From positions 43,464,001 through 43,528,000 of the forward strand of contig NC_087436.1 in assembly GCF_036321535.1 (NCBI RefSeq): 64,000 bases of DNA, written 5' to 3'. The notes under the pieces were generated by a model. It did no database searches and was not told the origin of the DNA. It saw only the letters and a program-made list of their open reading frames with translations. Shown here piece after piece: positions 28,716 through 41,211 of the stretch (its first letter is position 1; every line of letters starts with the position of its first letter). The position numbers and the translations under genes are program-made. The stretch is from Camelus dromedarius (Eukaryota).

Positions 28716-28788
28716 ACATGTTAAGGAAGAGTAATCTCCCTAATTAGTGCATGTTAAGGAAGCAATTACTCTTCCTTAACATGTACTA
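28716..28788. repeat. Perfect 20-bp inverted repeat with an internal third partial copy
   Basis: 'acatgttaaggaagagtaat' (28716-28735) and its reverse complement 'attactcttccttaacatgt' (28765-28784). 'catgttaaggaag' is repeated at 28750-28762. Confidence 0.95.
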
Positions 28789-28927
28789 GAGGTAGATAAC
28801 AATATAACATGCCATAATATGCTGCACAAATACAGATTAGAAACAGAAAGAATGGTTCTCTTTCATAGTTCTGCAGTTTTCCTAGAACAATAAAGATAAC
28901 TCAGAAAGCAAAAATAACAGCAACATT

Positions 28928-30433
28928 CAGTGGTGCACTGGCTCACACAGGCTTGCAAGAGCCAAGCGTTCAATTTTCAAGAATTCTGCAAGCCAGTTAT
29001 TAACAAATTTACAATTAAATACATTATATTAAAAGTAAAGATAAATGTACACCTCAAACTCACCGCTTGATGTTTATTTTACTATGTTTACTACATTTTA
29101 CTATTACCAATGCCTATCATATCTGTATAGTGAAAATATATAATGGTATGCTATTGTGCGTCATTTCCCAAATCCATGTTCAGTGATGTCACATTGGTAG
29201 ACTGAGATTGACCATGGTGGGAATATTTACACAATGGAAATTTACAAGTGCTACCCATAAGGGCTTGATATAGCACTAAGACTGAGTTTTGAATTGAATG
29301 ATACAGTAGATCATACATAATTGGGAAGAGAGTTAGTGGACTGGGATACAACTCTTATATGTCAAATCATGGTTGAACTCACAATGAAGTTGAACTTCAC
29401 ACCATTTAGAATGGCTATCATCAAAAAGCCTCCAAATAATAAATGCTGGCAAGGATGCAGAGAAAAGGAAACCCTCCTACATAGCTGGTGAGAATGTAAA
29501 TTGGTACAGCTACTATGGAGAATAGTATGGTGGTGCCTTAAAAAACTAAAAATTGAACTACCATATGATTCAGCAATCCCACTCCTGGGTATGTATCTGG
29601 AAAAGATACATACACTCCAATGTTCATAGCAGCATTATTTACAATAGCTAAGACATGGAAACAACCCAAGTGCCCAACAACAGACAACTGGCTCAAGAAG
29701 ATGTGATATATATACAGTGGAATATTACTCAGCCATAAAAAAGAATGGCATAATGCCAACTGCAGCTATGCATGGACCTAGAGAATATTGTACTTAGTGC
29801 AGTAAGTGAGAGAAAGACAAATACTATATGATATCACTTGTATGTGAAGTCTAAAAAATAATACAAATGAATCTATATACAAAATAATAAGAGACTCACA
29901 GACATTGAAAACAAATGTATGGTTACCAGAGAGGGAAGGGAAGTGGGGAGGAATAAATTAGGAGTATGAAATTAATGCGTACAAACTACTATATATAAAT
30001 AGATAAGCAACAGTGATTTACTGTATAGCAGAGGAAACTATATTCAACAGCTTGTAATAACCTATAAGGGAAAATAATCTGAAAATATAATATATACACA
30101 TATATATAAAATTAAATCATTTTGTTGTACATCTGAAACTAACACAATATTGTAAATCAACTATACTTCAGTTAAGAAATAATCATGGTTCAACTGCAGC
30201 CATTGGTTAGCTATAGACATGTGAGCTCAGCAAAAATCAATTGAAGTATTTTGTCATAATTAATTAGATATATAGCTTTAAAAGTACTTCCTATTTTATT
30301 ATTACTTGTAAATTGTGTGCTACCTTTACATAAATTGTGTCCATCTTTTATGTGAGTAAAATTTGTTAAAAATTTATAGATATATACAGTTTTTTGGAGA
30401 GCTGTTTGTTAGACATTTACCAGTACACCACTG
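28928..30433 (-). mobile_element. MER63-like (hAT-Blackjack) DNA transposon split by an L1 insertion
   Basis: TIRs 'cagtggtgcactgg' ... 'ccagtacaccactg'. The reverse complement of the right end, 'cagtggtgtactggtaaatgtctaacaaacagctctc', resembles the MER63 terminus. Confidence 0.75.
29380..30180 (+). mobile_element. 5'-truncated LINE-1 (ORF2 end plus 3' UTR) with TSD
   Basis: L1 motifs 'ttagaatggctatcatcaaaaag...gacatggaaacaacccaagtg'. TSD aatcatggttgaact (29365-29379) / aatcatggttcaact (30181-30195). Confidence 0.92.
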
Positions 30434-30524
30434 GTGATTTTTTTAAACTCTTTAATAGAAGGAGCTATCTTTGAGGGGAAAAAACAAGCTATACTCTCAA
30501 ACAGTAAAAAAGCAAACAATTCCT

Positions 30525-30543
30525 CATCCACTAGGTGGCAGTA
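30525..30543 (+). promoter_or_regulatory. Candidate CTCF binding site
   Basis: 'catCCACTAGGTGGCAGTa' matches the CTCF core consensus CCASYAGRKGGCRS. Confidence 0.5.
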
Positions 30544-33500
30544 AAAGAATTAAGAAAATCTCAGGAAAACAAAGGAAAAAGGAATTTACAAAGAAATTAC
30601 TTCATCTGTTTTCTTCTCATTTGATTCATTAAATAATATTGGAAAAGAAAATTATGACTAATTTTAATCTGTACTAGCTAGTTATCAAAATAACCCATGT
30701 TCAGTATAAAAAATTCGAAAAATGAATTAGGCCATTTAAATTAAGTAAAATGACCCATAAAATGACTAAAGAATTAAGTGCTGTCAATATTTTGGTAAAT
30801 ATCCTTGTAGGTCATATTACACATACTTATTTATAATTTTATTTTTCCCCCTACAGTATCAAACTTTTTTTCTCTCTCAAGAAATACAGATCTATTTTTA
30901 GTGACAGCAGAATATTTGGTCGCTTGGATGTACCACAATATATCAATTTTCTATTTATTAATGAACATTTCACTTGCTAATAACTTTCTCTATCACATAT
31001 AGTATTTTTGATAAACAACCATGTGCATATATCTTTGTGTACTTGTCAAATAATTTTCTTAAAAAGCTTCTATATGAACAGAGGCAGACAGGTAAGCAGT
31101 GACACAGAAGGTTACTGAGTTGAGGGGCATTAGAGTGAAGACCTGAGGGAAAAGGAATCAAGCTTATAAAATTTGTGAGGAAAGGAAGGGAATATTTAAT
31201 GGAGAACAAACAGCAAGTCATTTGTTAGACTGAACATGTAATCATAGTTACGCTTTCTGATCAACTGCATTTCTTCTTTATTGAGTTGCCTATTAAATAT
31301 TGAGCCTTTGTTCCTTTTTCTGTCATATTTAAAGGAAAGGAATGCTCAATTGAGGTATGCGAAAATTAAAGACTTTTGTATGGCATGCACCTTAACATTT
31401 GAAAGAGTAATTAGCCCTAGAAGATCCAAAAGTGAGGAGAATGTGAGGCAACAAGAGTAAAAGAACAGCCCATACTCCTCACCCCATGCTGATTACAAAT
31501 TTAACCAAAAGTCAGACCTGAGCTAAAAGGAGACAGCACCAATGTACACACACTAGACTTTTTAAGGTCTGAAAATGAGACCATTTGGTCACATGAAAGT
31601 GAACAAAACACTATCGGCTGACTTGAGATGCTATCCAGGGCCAGGAAAGAGAGATGACAGAGCTTGAATGAAACGTTGAGAGAAAATTAAAGCTGTTTCC
31701 TGTGTGTAACCCTTTCATTGAATCAAGCCAGTTACACATGTATCATATAATTGGATATCTTTCTGGATTCCATCTTGGCACATTGATCTGTCTGTCTCTC
31801 TATTCACCAGGGCCAGTTTTAATGACTAATTATTGTTACTTAAAATTGCTCAAACACAAATAACAAATATGTTCAACTTTAATCCAAACAGTTAAAAACT
31901 TCCATCAATTTTCACAAAAATGAACCATAGAAAGTAAACACAGGGTATACATCTACACATATATATATGACTTCTCCAAGGTGCTGATTTTTAGTAAATA
32001 GGCAAAAGGCAGCTGCCAGCCCCTCAAGCAGCCTTGTCGATTGTTATTGCCCAGTTACTCAAGGCAAATGGCACACATTTAATCCTGTGTCATAACCTAC
32101 CCCCCAAAAAAATCTCCATTTCCCATCTTTCCCTACTCTGATTTCTAATTTGGGCAGAAAAGTGTGAAGAGGAAATTGATCATCATGGGTCTGCCTGTGA
32201 CATTAGGAAATGCATGTAATACAATGACCAGGGTCAACCAGGGGTGACCAGGGTTAACGAGGGGAGAGTGTCTCTGAGCACTTTCTGAGACCAGAAATTT
32301 TAAACCTCATCATGAGGTTGGAAGATATTGTCAGATCCCCCTATTTGCCACAATGTGTTCTCCAGAAAAACAGAAAACATGGCATCTTCATTAGGTTCCC
32401 CAACTTATTAAAATAGTCCTGAGTGTTGGGCTTCAGTTATGATAATAGTAATTACTGTCTACTGAGGGCCTGCTTAGGTCTAGCTGTTTCACACGTTTGG
32501 TCCTCAGAACAATCTTACAAGCTAGAATTGCAAACTCCAAGTAAGAAATCTTTAAAATTTAGTTTCAAAGTGATTATTTCAATTGCTGTAGGTGACACGG
32601 CTATTAGTGAGAGAGCCTGGGTGTGAATCCAAATCTACCTGACAGGCTTTGCCCTGTGTGCTTTTCATTTCTTCCCACAAGCTCTCTGCTAATTATTATA
32701 AATTATACCCTTTTTTTCATTTTATGAATTAATATTTTTGACTTTATCAGTATAACACCTATGCTAAATATATACTTTCTCATCATCTGGAAACAATAAA
32801 ATTATAACCTTCAATTGTGCAGATTTCAGTGCCCATTTCCTGTGGCTTTGCTCCAGATGCCTGCATGCTTCCCTTGTTCATATCTTAAGCTTATCATAGC
32901 ATAGTTAAATGATTCTAGTCATTTTTTGGTGTAACACAGAACAAACTATAAGGACCTTATTTGATAGCAGGATCCCAAAGCAAAGATTTTCATTAAAATT
33001 TTGGGCATATGTCATCAGTTAATGAGCTACATAAAATGCCTAACCATAAAATAACTACACTTCATAAAATCAGCCATTAATTGAAGGGCACCACACTAAG
33101 AATAATAATGGGGATTAAATAACTGTTTAGCTATGGCTCCTACTCCCAAAGGGCATACAAAATTATGTGGAAGATAATACGGACTTAACAAGCCAGCAGC
33201 ACCCATTTGGAAGAGTGAATCATTCCAGAGGAAACACTGCTTTGCTGTTTCTGCATCGGTTTCTTAACAGTGTTAACTGGGGAAGGTAGTCTAGAAATGA
33301 GGGGTGAATAGAGACTCAAAAAGATAAAATTCTTCAACTTAAAAGAATTGATCCACGGAAAATAACCACCTACGCAGGTGTACTTCAGAGGAAAGCAGAT
33401 ATCTGAAATTTAGCACCACCACCTTCCAGCCGTATCCCCATGGGGGAAATTACTTACTCTCTTTAGGCTTCAGTCTGCTTTCCCATAAAATGGAATCATA

Positions 33501-33859
33501 ATACCTACTTCATAAGGTTGTCCTGAGGAGCCAATCAACAATCTGTGTCTGGCATAGTACCTGGCACTGTTTAGTAGTCAGTTTTAAGAAAAAGTAGATT
33601 TTTTTTTTCCCTGTTCCAAATCCCCAAATTACTTGGTCTGATATTGTTTGTGGTGAATAAATGATGTAGACCTAATTCATTTCTAAGTTAGGAATGGTGA
33701 ATAATGGACAGCTGCATCTGGTTGACTGACAGTTTCACCCTATTTGCTGTTTAATTCTCCCCAAGTGCCGTCTTCCTCGTTTGATTAGCTTTAAGCACTC
33801 CTTTAAAGGTCCATTAGCTGTCTGTGCCTTAATCAAATTATAGGAGGTCTTCAACTTAC

Positions 33860-34400
33860 AAGAATCGTCACAGGCCCTGCTATTTACACCCCTGTTCTGA
33901 CTTCAGCAGCACTTAGGGCGTTATCACTCAGCCGGTCCATTTCCCCAGCGCTCCGGCTCATAAAAGCCACCCCCCTCGCCCTCCGCCCCACCACATCCGA
34001 GCATCAGACCAGCTCTGCCGGGCAAGGGCTCTTTTCCAGGAAGGGTTCTGGTCTTCATCTTCTGGGATACTCCTGGCTTCCAGCCTCTGACACGGCTCCT
34101 CTCCCAGCCCAGGAAAAACAACAATAGCTTGGCTTCTGTGGCAAAAGCCCAGAAAACCGCTAATTTAAAAATACTTCTTTTTTCTGGTAAGATTCTGAGC
34201 ACGACTCTTTCAGAGTGCCGAAATCAGTCAGTCACCTCCGAGTCCAACTGATTGAGCCACACCAACACTCCCCCAGTCGCTGTCTCCTGACCCACCTACG
34301 GCCCCAGGGGTCAGGTATCCCGCGTGCCCAGGCGTGTGGCAAGCTAGGGGAAGGTGTGGGTGAGCACGTGCACTTCGAGGCCAGACCTGCAAAGCTCTGT
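33860..34400 (-). promoter_or_regulatory. CpG-retaining promoter-like patch with possible non-coding first exon (about 33860-33940, minus strand)
   Basis: Local GC/CpG enrichment against a CpG-depleted background. Has GC boxes (ccctccgcccc about 33979), GATA (ttatca 33921), E-box CACGTG (about 34365) and a minus-strand donor GTAAGT at 33859-33854. Confidence 0.45.
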
Positions 34401-35231
34401 GCTACTCAGGAAACGTTACTTCATCTCCCAGAGCCTGGGTGCCTCGTCTACAAAACAGGCATTATAATACCTCCATCACTTATATTATAAATACCATAGG
34501 ATATAACATTGTATTTCTCAAACTGAAGTCTGCTGAACAGACTCCTTAGGGGAAGAGAGTGGGTTCCTGTGTCTGCTATTGTACTCGTGTTGAATTATTT
34601 TACCCCTTTCAAAGGAAATACATTTTGCCTTAGTGATAATTTGCAATTAAGAGATATTTTCAGAAAATAAAACTTCCGTTTCTTAAATCTGAATGGCTGA
34701 ATCTTAAATGGCTCCTCAAACTGCCGTATCTGGTAGCATTCTCAGATATACTTCTCCGAGTGATGGCTATACAGTTACCGATAAGAAACAGCAGCCCGTT
34801 ACACTCCCCACTCCATCTCCACTTAGCACTGCTGCATTTGGTGGACTCCATCATTAGCTATCACCCAGTCCTCCTTGGTTTGGAGGAGAACTGTTTTTTT
34901 GTTTTTTGGGGTTTTTTTGACAGGGTAAGTGACATGTGGGGCTGTCGTGGGTTTACAGAGAGTGAACATCGTAATGCATCTAGTAGGCGTCCCAGTTGTG
35001 GGATGCCAAGAGTGTTGAGACCTGACCAATATTGCCTCTTTCCAGAATCCCACAGACTACTACATTGAATAGATTGGATTCCTTTTGCAAAATCAAAAGA
35101 AAGAAAGAGAACGAACGAGAGAACCCAGATCCAGGGATTTATTAAATAACTTTCGTGATTAGTCACTATGTCCATTTTTCTGAAATCTTGATACTAAACA
35201 GTAATTGGAAATAAATGTTGCTCCTTTTGGT

Positions 35232-35599
35232 TGAGGTTGGTGCAATTCACCAATATTTCTGGTTCTCCTCCTTCTGGAAACAAGGTGGGACTGCCCTTTT
35301 CCTGCATTTGCTCTGGCCAATGAAGTATGAGTAGAAGTAACATTTCTCGCTTCCAAGGAAAAGCCTTTGATAATCAGTACCCATTTCACCCTATTGCTTC
35401 CCAGTGCCATGGTAGACAGCAATACCGTAGATGGTCAAAGCTCTGCCAGCCTCTGCCTTGAATGAGGGCAATGTGGAGCAGGGGCCCCACCAACCCAAGA
35501 TGCACATGTGGTATGAGAAAAAGACAAATCTTTGTGGTTTTAAGTCAGTAAGTTTTGTCCTTGTTATTCAGTAAAACCTAGCCCATTCTGACTGGTACA
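35232..35599 (+). mobile_element. MaLR LTR (MLT1I/J-like)
   Basis: 'tttgctctggccaatgaagtatgagtagaagt' and the 3' terminus 'ctttgtggttttaagtc...ttgttattcagtaaaacctagcccattctgactggtaca'. Confidence 0.8.
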
Positions 35600-37565
35600 T
35601 GGTTGAATATTATGTAATAACTTGTATAAAAAACTTGGATATCACACTCTTGATCTGAGAATGCTCACTTTCACTACAGCATTGCCTTTTTCAGTAAGCT
35701 ACCTTTTCCTAAAAGGTAATCAGCCCTGAGAAGGAGAGCTCCCTGCACTAAATCCTATTCCTCAAAGGCGAGGTGTCATCCCCACCAGTCCACTGATGGC
35801 TGTGTTACCTCTCTTTCCCTCTAATGTCCTCTACAAGCCGTATGTTTATTCTATACTATGTACCTCAGCTTGGTTTGCTTTGTATTTTCATTCCTTTTTC
35901 TATGTTAAGCCTTAACCTTGGAATCACTTTCCAACCGCCATATGCAAGCAACTACCCTGCTCATCAAACCTCAGGGATCTACCTATTCGGAGGTCACCAA
36001 CAATGAGGGAGGAGGTGGACATAAAAGAGAAAATTAGGGTTTATATGGCCCTAGGCTCTTAAAGTTGAGGATACCTTTTATGCACTGTAGCATTCATTCA
36101 GTGTTTTCATAATAATTTCCCATTATCCTATCACAAAGAGGTAATATGTTTGCACTTTTGAAAAATTCCAAATTAATGGATGATTGTACTTACCCACATT
36201 AAAGAAAATACTATGTTTGGCAGGTCTGACAACTGAAAAAGTCTTTTACTCAGTTTATTATTAACTGGAAATGAAAATACTTGTCTGTCGGTGAGATCAT
36301 GGTAGACAAATAGACAAAGCAGCTAATACAGTATATCATTTCTTGTCAATTAGGAATAGGCCATAACAAAGAGATGCAGACCAAGCCTGAACCCCCCCCC
36401 CCAGAACAATAAGTGAAAGGCTTGTCCAGAAAGGGGAGGGGCCTTAATGGCTGATGTCCAATGTAGATGACCTTATACATGTGTTCTCTAGTCCTTGCTA
36501 AATATAAATATTACTTCAATGGACTGAAAATTCTGCAAACTATAGTTCAGGCTTCTCTAAAGAAGGGCTTCCAAAACCCATTCCCATTTCATATAAATAG
36601 TCTGAAGTCATCTAAATTACATCTGATGTACAAATTAGGTTTGAATACATAGAGCTTATTACTGAATATCAACTCTGCCTTCCTAATTAAAAATTGTTAC
36701 CCCAAAATGCCAGGAAACAAATTAAATTATATTTCCTCAGAGTAATCTTCTCTTTCCATCACTCCTACTCCACCTCCCAAATGTTTATAGCAAAACAAGG
36801 TAGAGGAGAAAGTAAAAAAAAAAATTATAGGTTCGATTTTACTATTATTTATATGAGACTTCATTAATCCATTAATCCTGACATTAGCTTATACAGAGAG
36901 AGATCTTTGATAGACAATAAAATTGGAGGAGTTCAGAGCTGAAAGGGTCTTTAGATGCCTAATGCCACTATTGCAAAAATGAGAAGACAGACTCCTACAG
37001 AAATCAAAACCAACACTGGAATCCAGATAATAGAACTTCTAGTCAAGGGCTGCTCCCACCATGGCACAAGGGCCACAAGTGACAATAAACAGAAAGGAGA
37101 AGAAAAACAGATTCTGATTCTCCCAATATCTCTAATGTTTTTCCCAGCAGTTGTTCAGTCATTACAGTTAATTGTTAATTGAGGCTGCTTACATTTCCAA
37201 GTGGAAGGAAGGGAGAAACGAAGGGGAAGGGAAAGAGGGGAGGGGAGAGAAAGAGAGAAACTTTCAGTTTATTGTGAGAGCATTTTCACAGAGAATACAC
37301 TTTCCTTTCAAGCTTTGCATCTGAGGCATCAGCATCTATGATGCAGGATAAGAAGAATTAGCCACCTGATAAACCCCCTCTTTATGCTTAAATCTGATCT
37401 CAGAGTTACAGGTTTATTATGAGACTTAGACTCTGCCATCCCCCTGCCCACAGAAATCTAGAGAAAGAAAAGAAAGATTAAAAGCTGCAAAGATGTTTAC
37501 CAAGGTTAATTATTTATATGTTGAGCAAGAAAAATTGTGTTCAAGTTAGCACTTTGTCTTGTTGC

Positions 37566-38036
37566 TGTGAAGGAAAATACTGCAACCATATCAGTAAACA
37601 AACAATGCTGAAACCAAGTCATCAGCAGCTGCCGCCACCCCCCAGTGAGGACAGGCCTGCAGCCCAGCCTCTGCAGCCACTCACAAGGGTGCACTCTGAG
37701 GGGACTCAGAATAAAAAGGACAGGATACTGGCCCTAGACAGCTAGATGCTTGTCAAAGGAATGAATTCAGTGAGCCCAAATGTTTTCTTCCCCCCATACA
37801 CAGAAAAGCACTAAATTCTTTAACTTGAGATGCCTGGTTTTCTTTAGATAACAAGTAAACTTTTAATGTTGCAACAACCTGGTCTTTGTCGTAAAGCTCC
37901 TATATATCCTAGCTCCTCCTCTACCTCTTCAGAGCACTTCCTCAGAGCGATCTGAGGGGCTGTCATCCTGGCTCGAGTCCTCCCGCCAAATAAAACAACT
38001 CTCAACTTTTAGGCTGCTCATTTATTTCAGTCGACA
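37566..38036 (+). mobile_element. ERV1-class solo LTR (MER41-like), copy A
   Basis: TG...CA termini with a 4-bp TSD ttgc (37562-65 / 38037-40). Has TATA-like 'cctatatatcc' and AATAAA near 37989, and is homologous to 41212-41709 in reverse. Confidence 0.9.
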
Positions 38037-38582
38037 TTGCTAATACTTTACCATTACTTTAAAAAGCTCCCCTCCCCAAAAAGAGACAGTATGTAAGAAA
38101 TTGATGGAGAAAATTGTTTTCTTAATTTTATTTTACAAGTAGGAGGTAATATAAAGAGATAATCAAATAAATATAAAATTAAAGTTGATATAAATAAAAA
38201 TGATTTGTTCGGGGAAATTATAAGGGAAGAATTTGGTGTGTGTTCACATGCAAACACATTTTGAAGAATGCTAGATATGCTACTCATTCAGTTCCATTCC
38301 TCTCAGTTTTATTGTTTTATTCCCAATAAATATTTCAAAAAAGTCCTATATTGTTGGTGTAATTCCCTAATAGTATTGCTTTCATCATTTTTCCTCATTT
38401 TCCTATGGGAGGCAGTACCCTTTAATAAGATTACTTGGGTTCAAATCCTGACCCTATTACTTACTTATTGCGAGTCAGCTTGGTTTTCTCATCTATCATA
38501 TGGGAGTAATATCATTAAATGACATAACTCATAAAACCAAACCGCAAAGTACTAAGTGACTATGAACTGCTTTGCCTTACCT

Positions 38583-38780
38583 TTCATTCATTCAACAAAT
38601 ATCTACTGAGAACAGACTAGGAACGGGAAAAGCATTAGATACAAAAGAAACCAAAATCAGCAAGACCCACACCACCCCACCCAGTGAAGCTTACGGCTAC
38701 GGCTACGGAAGAAGACAATCCTCAAATGGATAATTAATGAATTACAGTATCAGTATGTGCTACAAAGGAGAATGATAATA
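38583..38780 (-). mobile_element. LINE-2 3' end fragment
   Basis: 'ttcattcattcaacaaatatctactgag' is the reverse complement of the L2 3' terminus. Confidence 0.7.
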
Positions 38781-41211
38781 TCCTATCTGCCCCCGTAACA
38801 CTTGGATGACAGTGTTTGGGAACTAAAAAAAAAAAAAATCCTAGTAGATAATACACTTTTAAATAACTTAACCATAAAATTAATATGTTGATTATGGAAT
38901 ATTAGGAAAATGAAGGAAACAAAATAAAATAAGTCTATATAACAATAACCAATAAAACACTATTCACAGCAATAAAGATGACAATATAAAAGCTATAATT
39001 TATAGGAGGCACTAGCCTAAGCATTTTATAACTATTATTTAATCTTTATAACAACCCCATGAAATAGGTCTTGTCATTATCCTCACTTTTAAGTTGAAGA
39101 AACTGAGGCACAGATAAAACACCAAAATTTTGATGTATAGCTTTCCATTTTTTCTGCGCATATATATTTTTTCTTTTTAACCAAATTAAGTTAAATACAG
39201 TTCATATTTCTTTCTAATATGCTTTAATATGCTCTTTTTACTCAGCAAAATAGCATGAACATTTTCCCATATTAATCACTAGTCTTCTGCCATATGATTT
39301 TAATAGGGTATTATAGAAATGAAGAATATAAATATCTTAAAGATGCTTTTAATAACATTTAAGATGAAGTAGCCAAACTCCTCTGACAATTTTTCAGTAT
39401 ATGTTTTCTCAACCTTTTAAAAAATGCCAGTATCTTATCTACAACAGTCTGTGTGGGTTGAAAGTATCTGTCCCTTCCTCCCATTGATCCTAAGTCTGTA
39501 ATAGGAATTCGAGCTTTAAAGTCTGTGCTCCACCACATAAATAAATCATCCGCCTTGACACAAGAATCCCCATTTGGCTTCACATTTACCAAGACAGGCC
39601 GATGTCTCGGGGCAAATCAATGCCCTTTAAGCTGTCTGAACTAAAAATGCTGCTTTTCCATGCAAAACACAAACCAAAAAAATCCTCAAAGATTTTCAAT
39701 AGACTCCCACCTTGGGTTCCTTTGGTTGAAATGTAAATACTGCGCTGGCATTGTAGGTATGATTCAGAGGCAGTTCTGCTAAATAAATGAAGTCCTACAA
39801 CAGTTATCCAACCGAGCATGTGTCAGACAGTCCAAACCCCAGCGCACGACATGAATGGGTATTTTTATTTTCTATACAATGCCTCTGGCATTTGGAACAG
39901 TCTTTAAAATGCTAATGACGTCACTTCTCATTATAACCAAATACTGAAAGTGATCTGGTGTCAGTAATTTTTTTTAATTAGACATTCCCTGTGTGTATTC
40001 AGATAGAGCCAATTTTTTAAACGTCACTAGGTTCTTTTATTTACGTGTCCCTCGGTAGAATCTGTACCACAAATGCTCTGCATAATTAGTAGGTGATTTC
40101 CATAGTCTCTTGCATAGTTTTAGGTTCATCAGAGTATTTAAGAATGACTTGTCAAATGAATATGTATCTTACATCTTTACTATTTTCCTAATAGCAAAAT
40201 AAAGAAATTGGGCAAAAACTGGCCTGGGTAACAGGCAAGCAACATCTGATAAGGTAAAGTGCTTATAATTGTGTTTCTCTTGCCTGCTGATATGACTGCA
40301 GAAAATTACGAAGGCACTGGAAACATGAGATTGCTTGGTGGACACTTCCATCAACCTGGTGAAACTGTCAACCAACATACCGAGAATCTGTGTAAAAAGC
40401 TTACAAATACAAGTTTATTATGAAAACTAACAAGACATTGACAAAACTAAAATAAAAATTCCTATTTAAACATAATTCAAGGATTACTAAAAGGAATTTT
40501 TTTCAATGGGGAAATACTGCCATTTTTGATAATTAAAAGCTTATTGTGAAAGTTGAGACAACTACGTTTTCCATCAAATTTTGTTCTTCATAATAATAGG
40601 TTAAAATTGCATAGTAGTTCTTTATAATAATAGGTGCAATTTTATAGAAAGACATATTCACTTGCAAATATCTAAAAAGTCTCAAGGACACATGGGAAAA
40701 TAACATTGGTGGCTTCCAGGGAAGGGAACTGAGTAGCTGGAGGACAGAGACAGAGAGGAGGAATTTCCACAGCACACATTTTTTATGTTTTCTGAATTTT
40801 GAGTCACTGTAATGAATAACTAATTTTAAAATAGAATTTAACTTTTAAAGAATGGATTGTTCCCTTATATCATGTTTTTTAAACTCAGTCTTTCCTGAAT
40901 TTGACTTGATTAATATACCTACTAGCTTTCTCGTTTTCTACTGATGAACTTGCCGTTCACTGCCTAAGTAAATTTAACAAGCTCATGAAAATATCTCCAC
41001 AAGCTTTATTTCAGTTAAAAAAAAAAAAGTGTTTCAATTTCCACCCAAATATTAGCAAACTAACTTTTTTTTTTGCAAACTAACTTTATGATAGGAGCTG
41101 GGATATAAAATTATAAAGTACGAATAAAACTGACAAACTTGTTTTTATATATGAACTACAGAAAATTCTCCAGTAAAAGGAAAAATATGAATAATATTTT
41201 AAATTTAAAAG

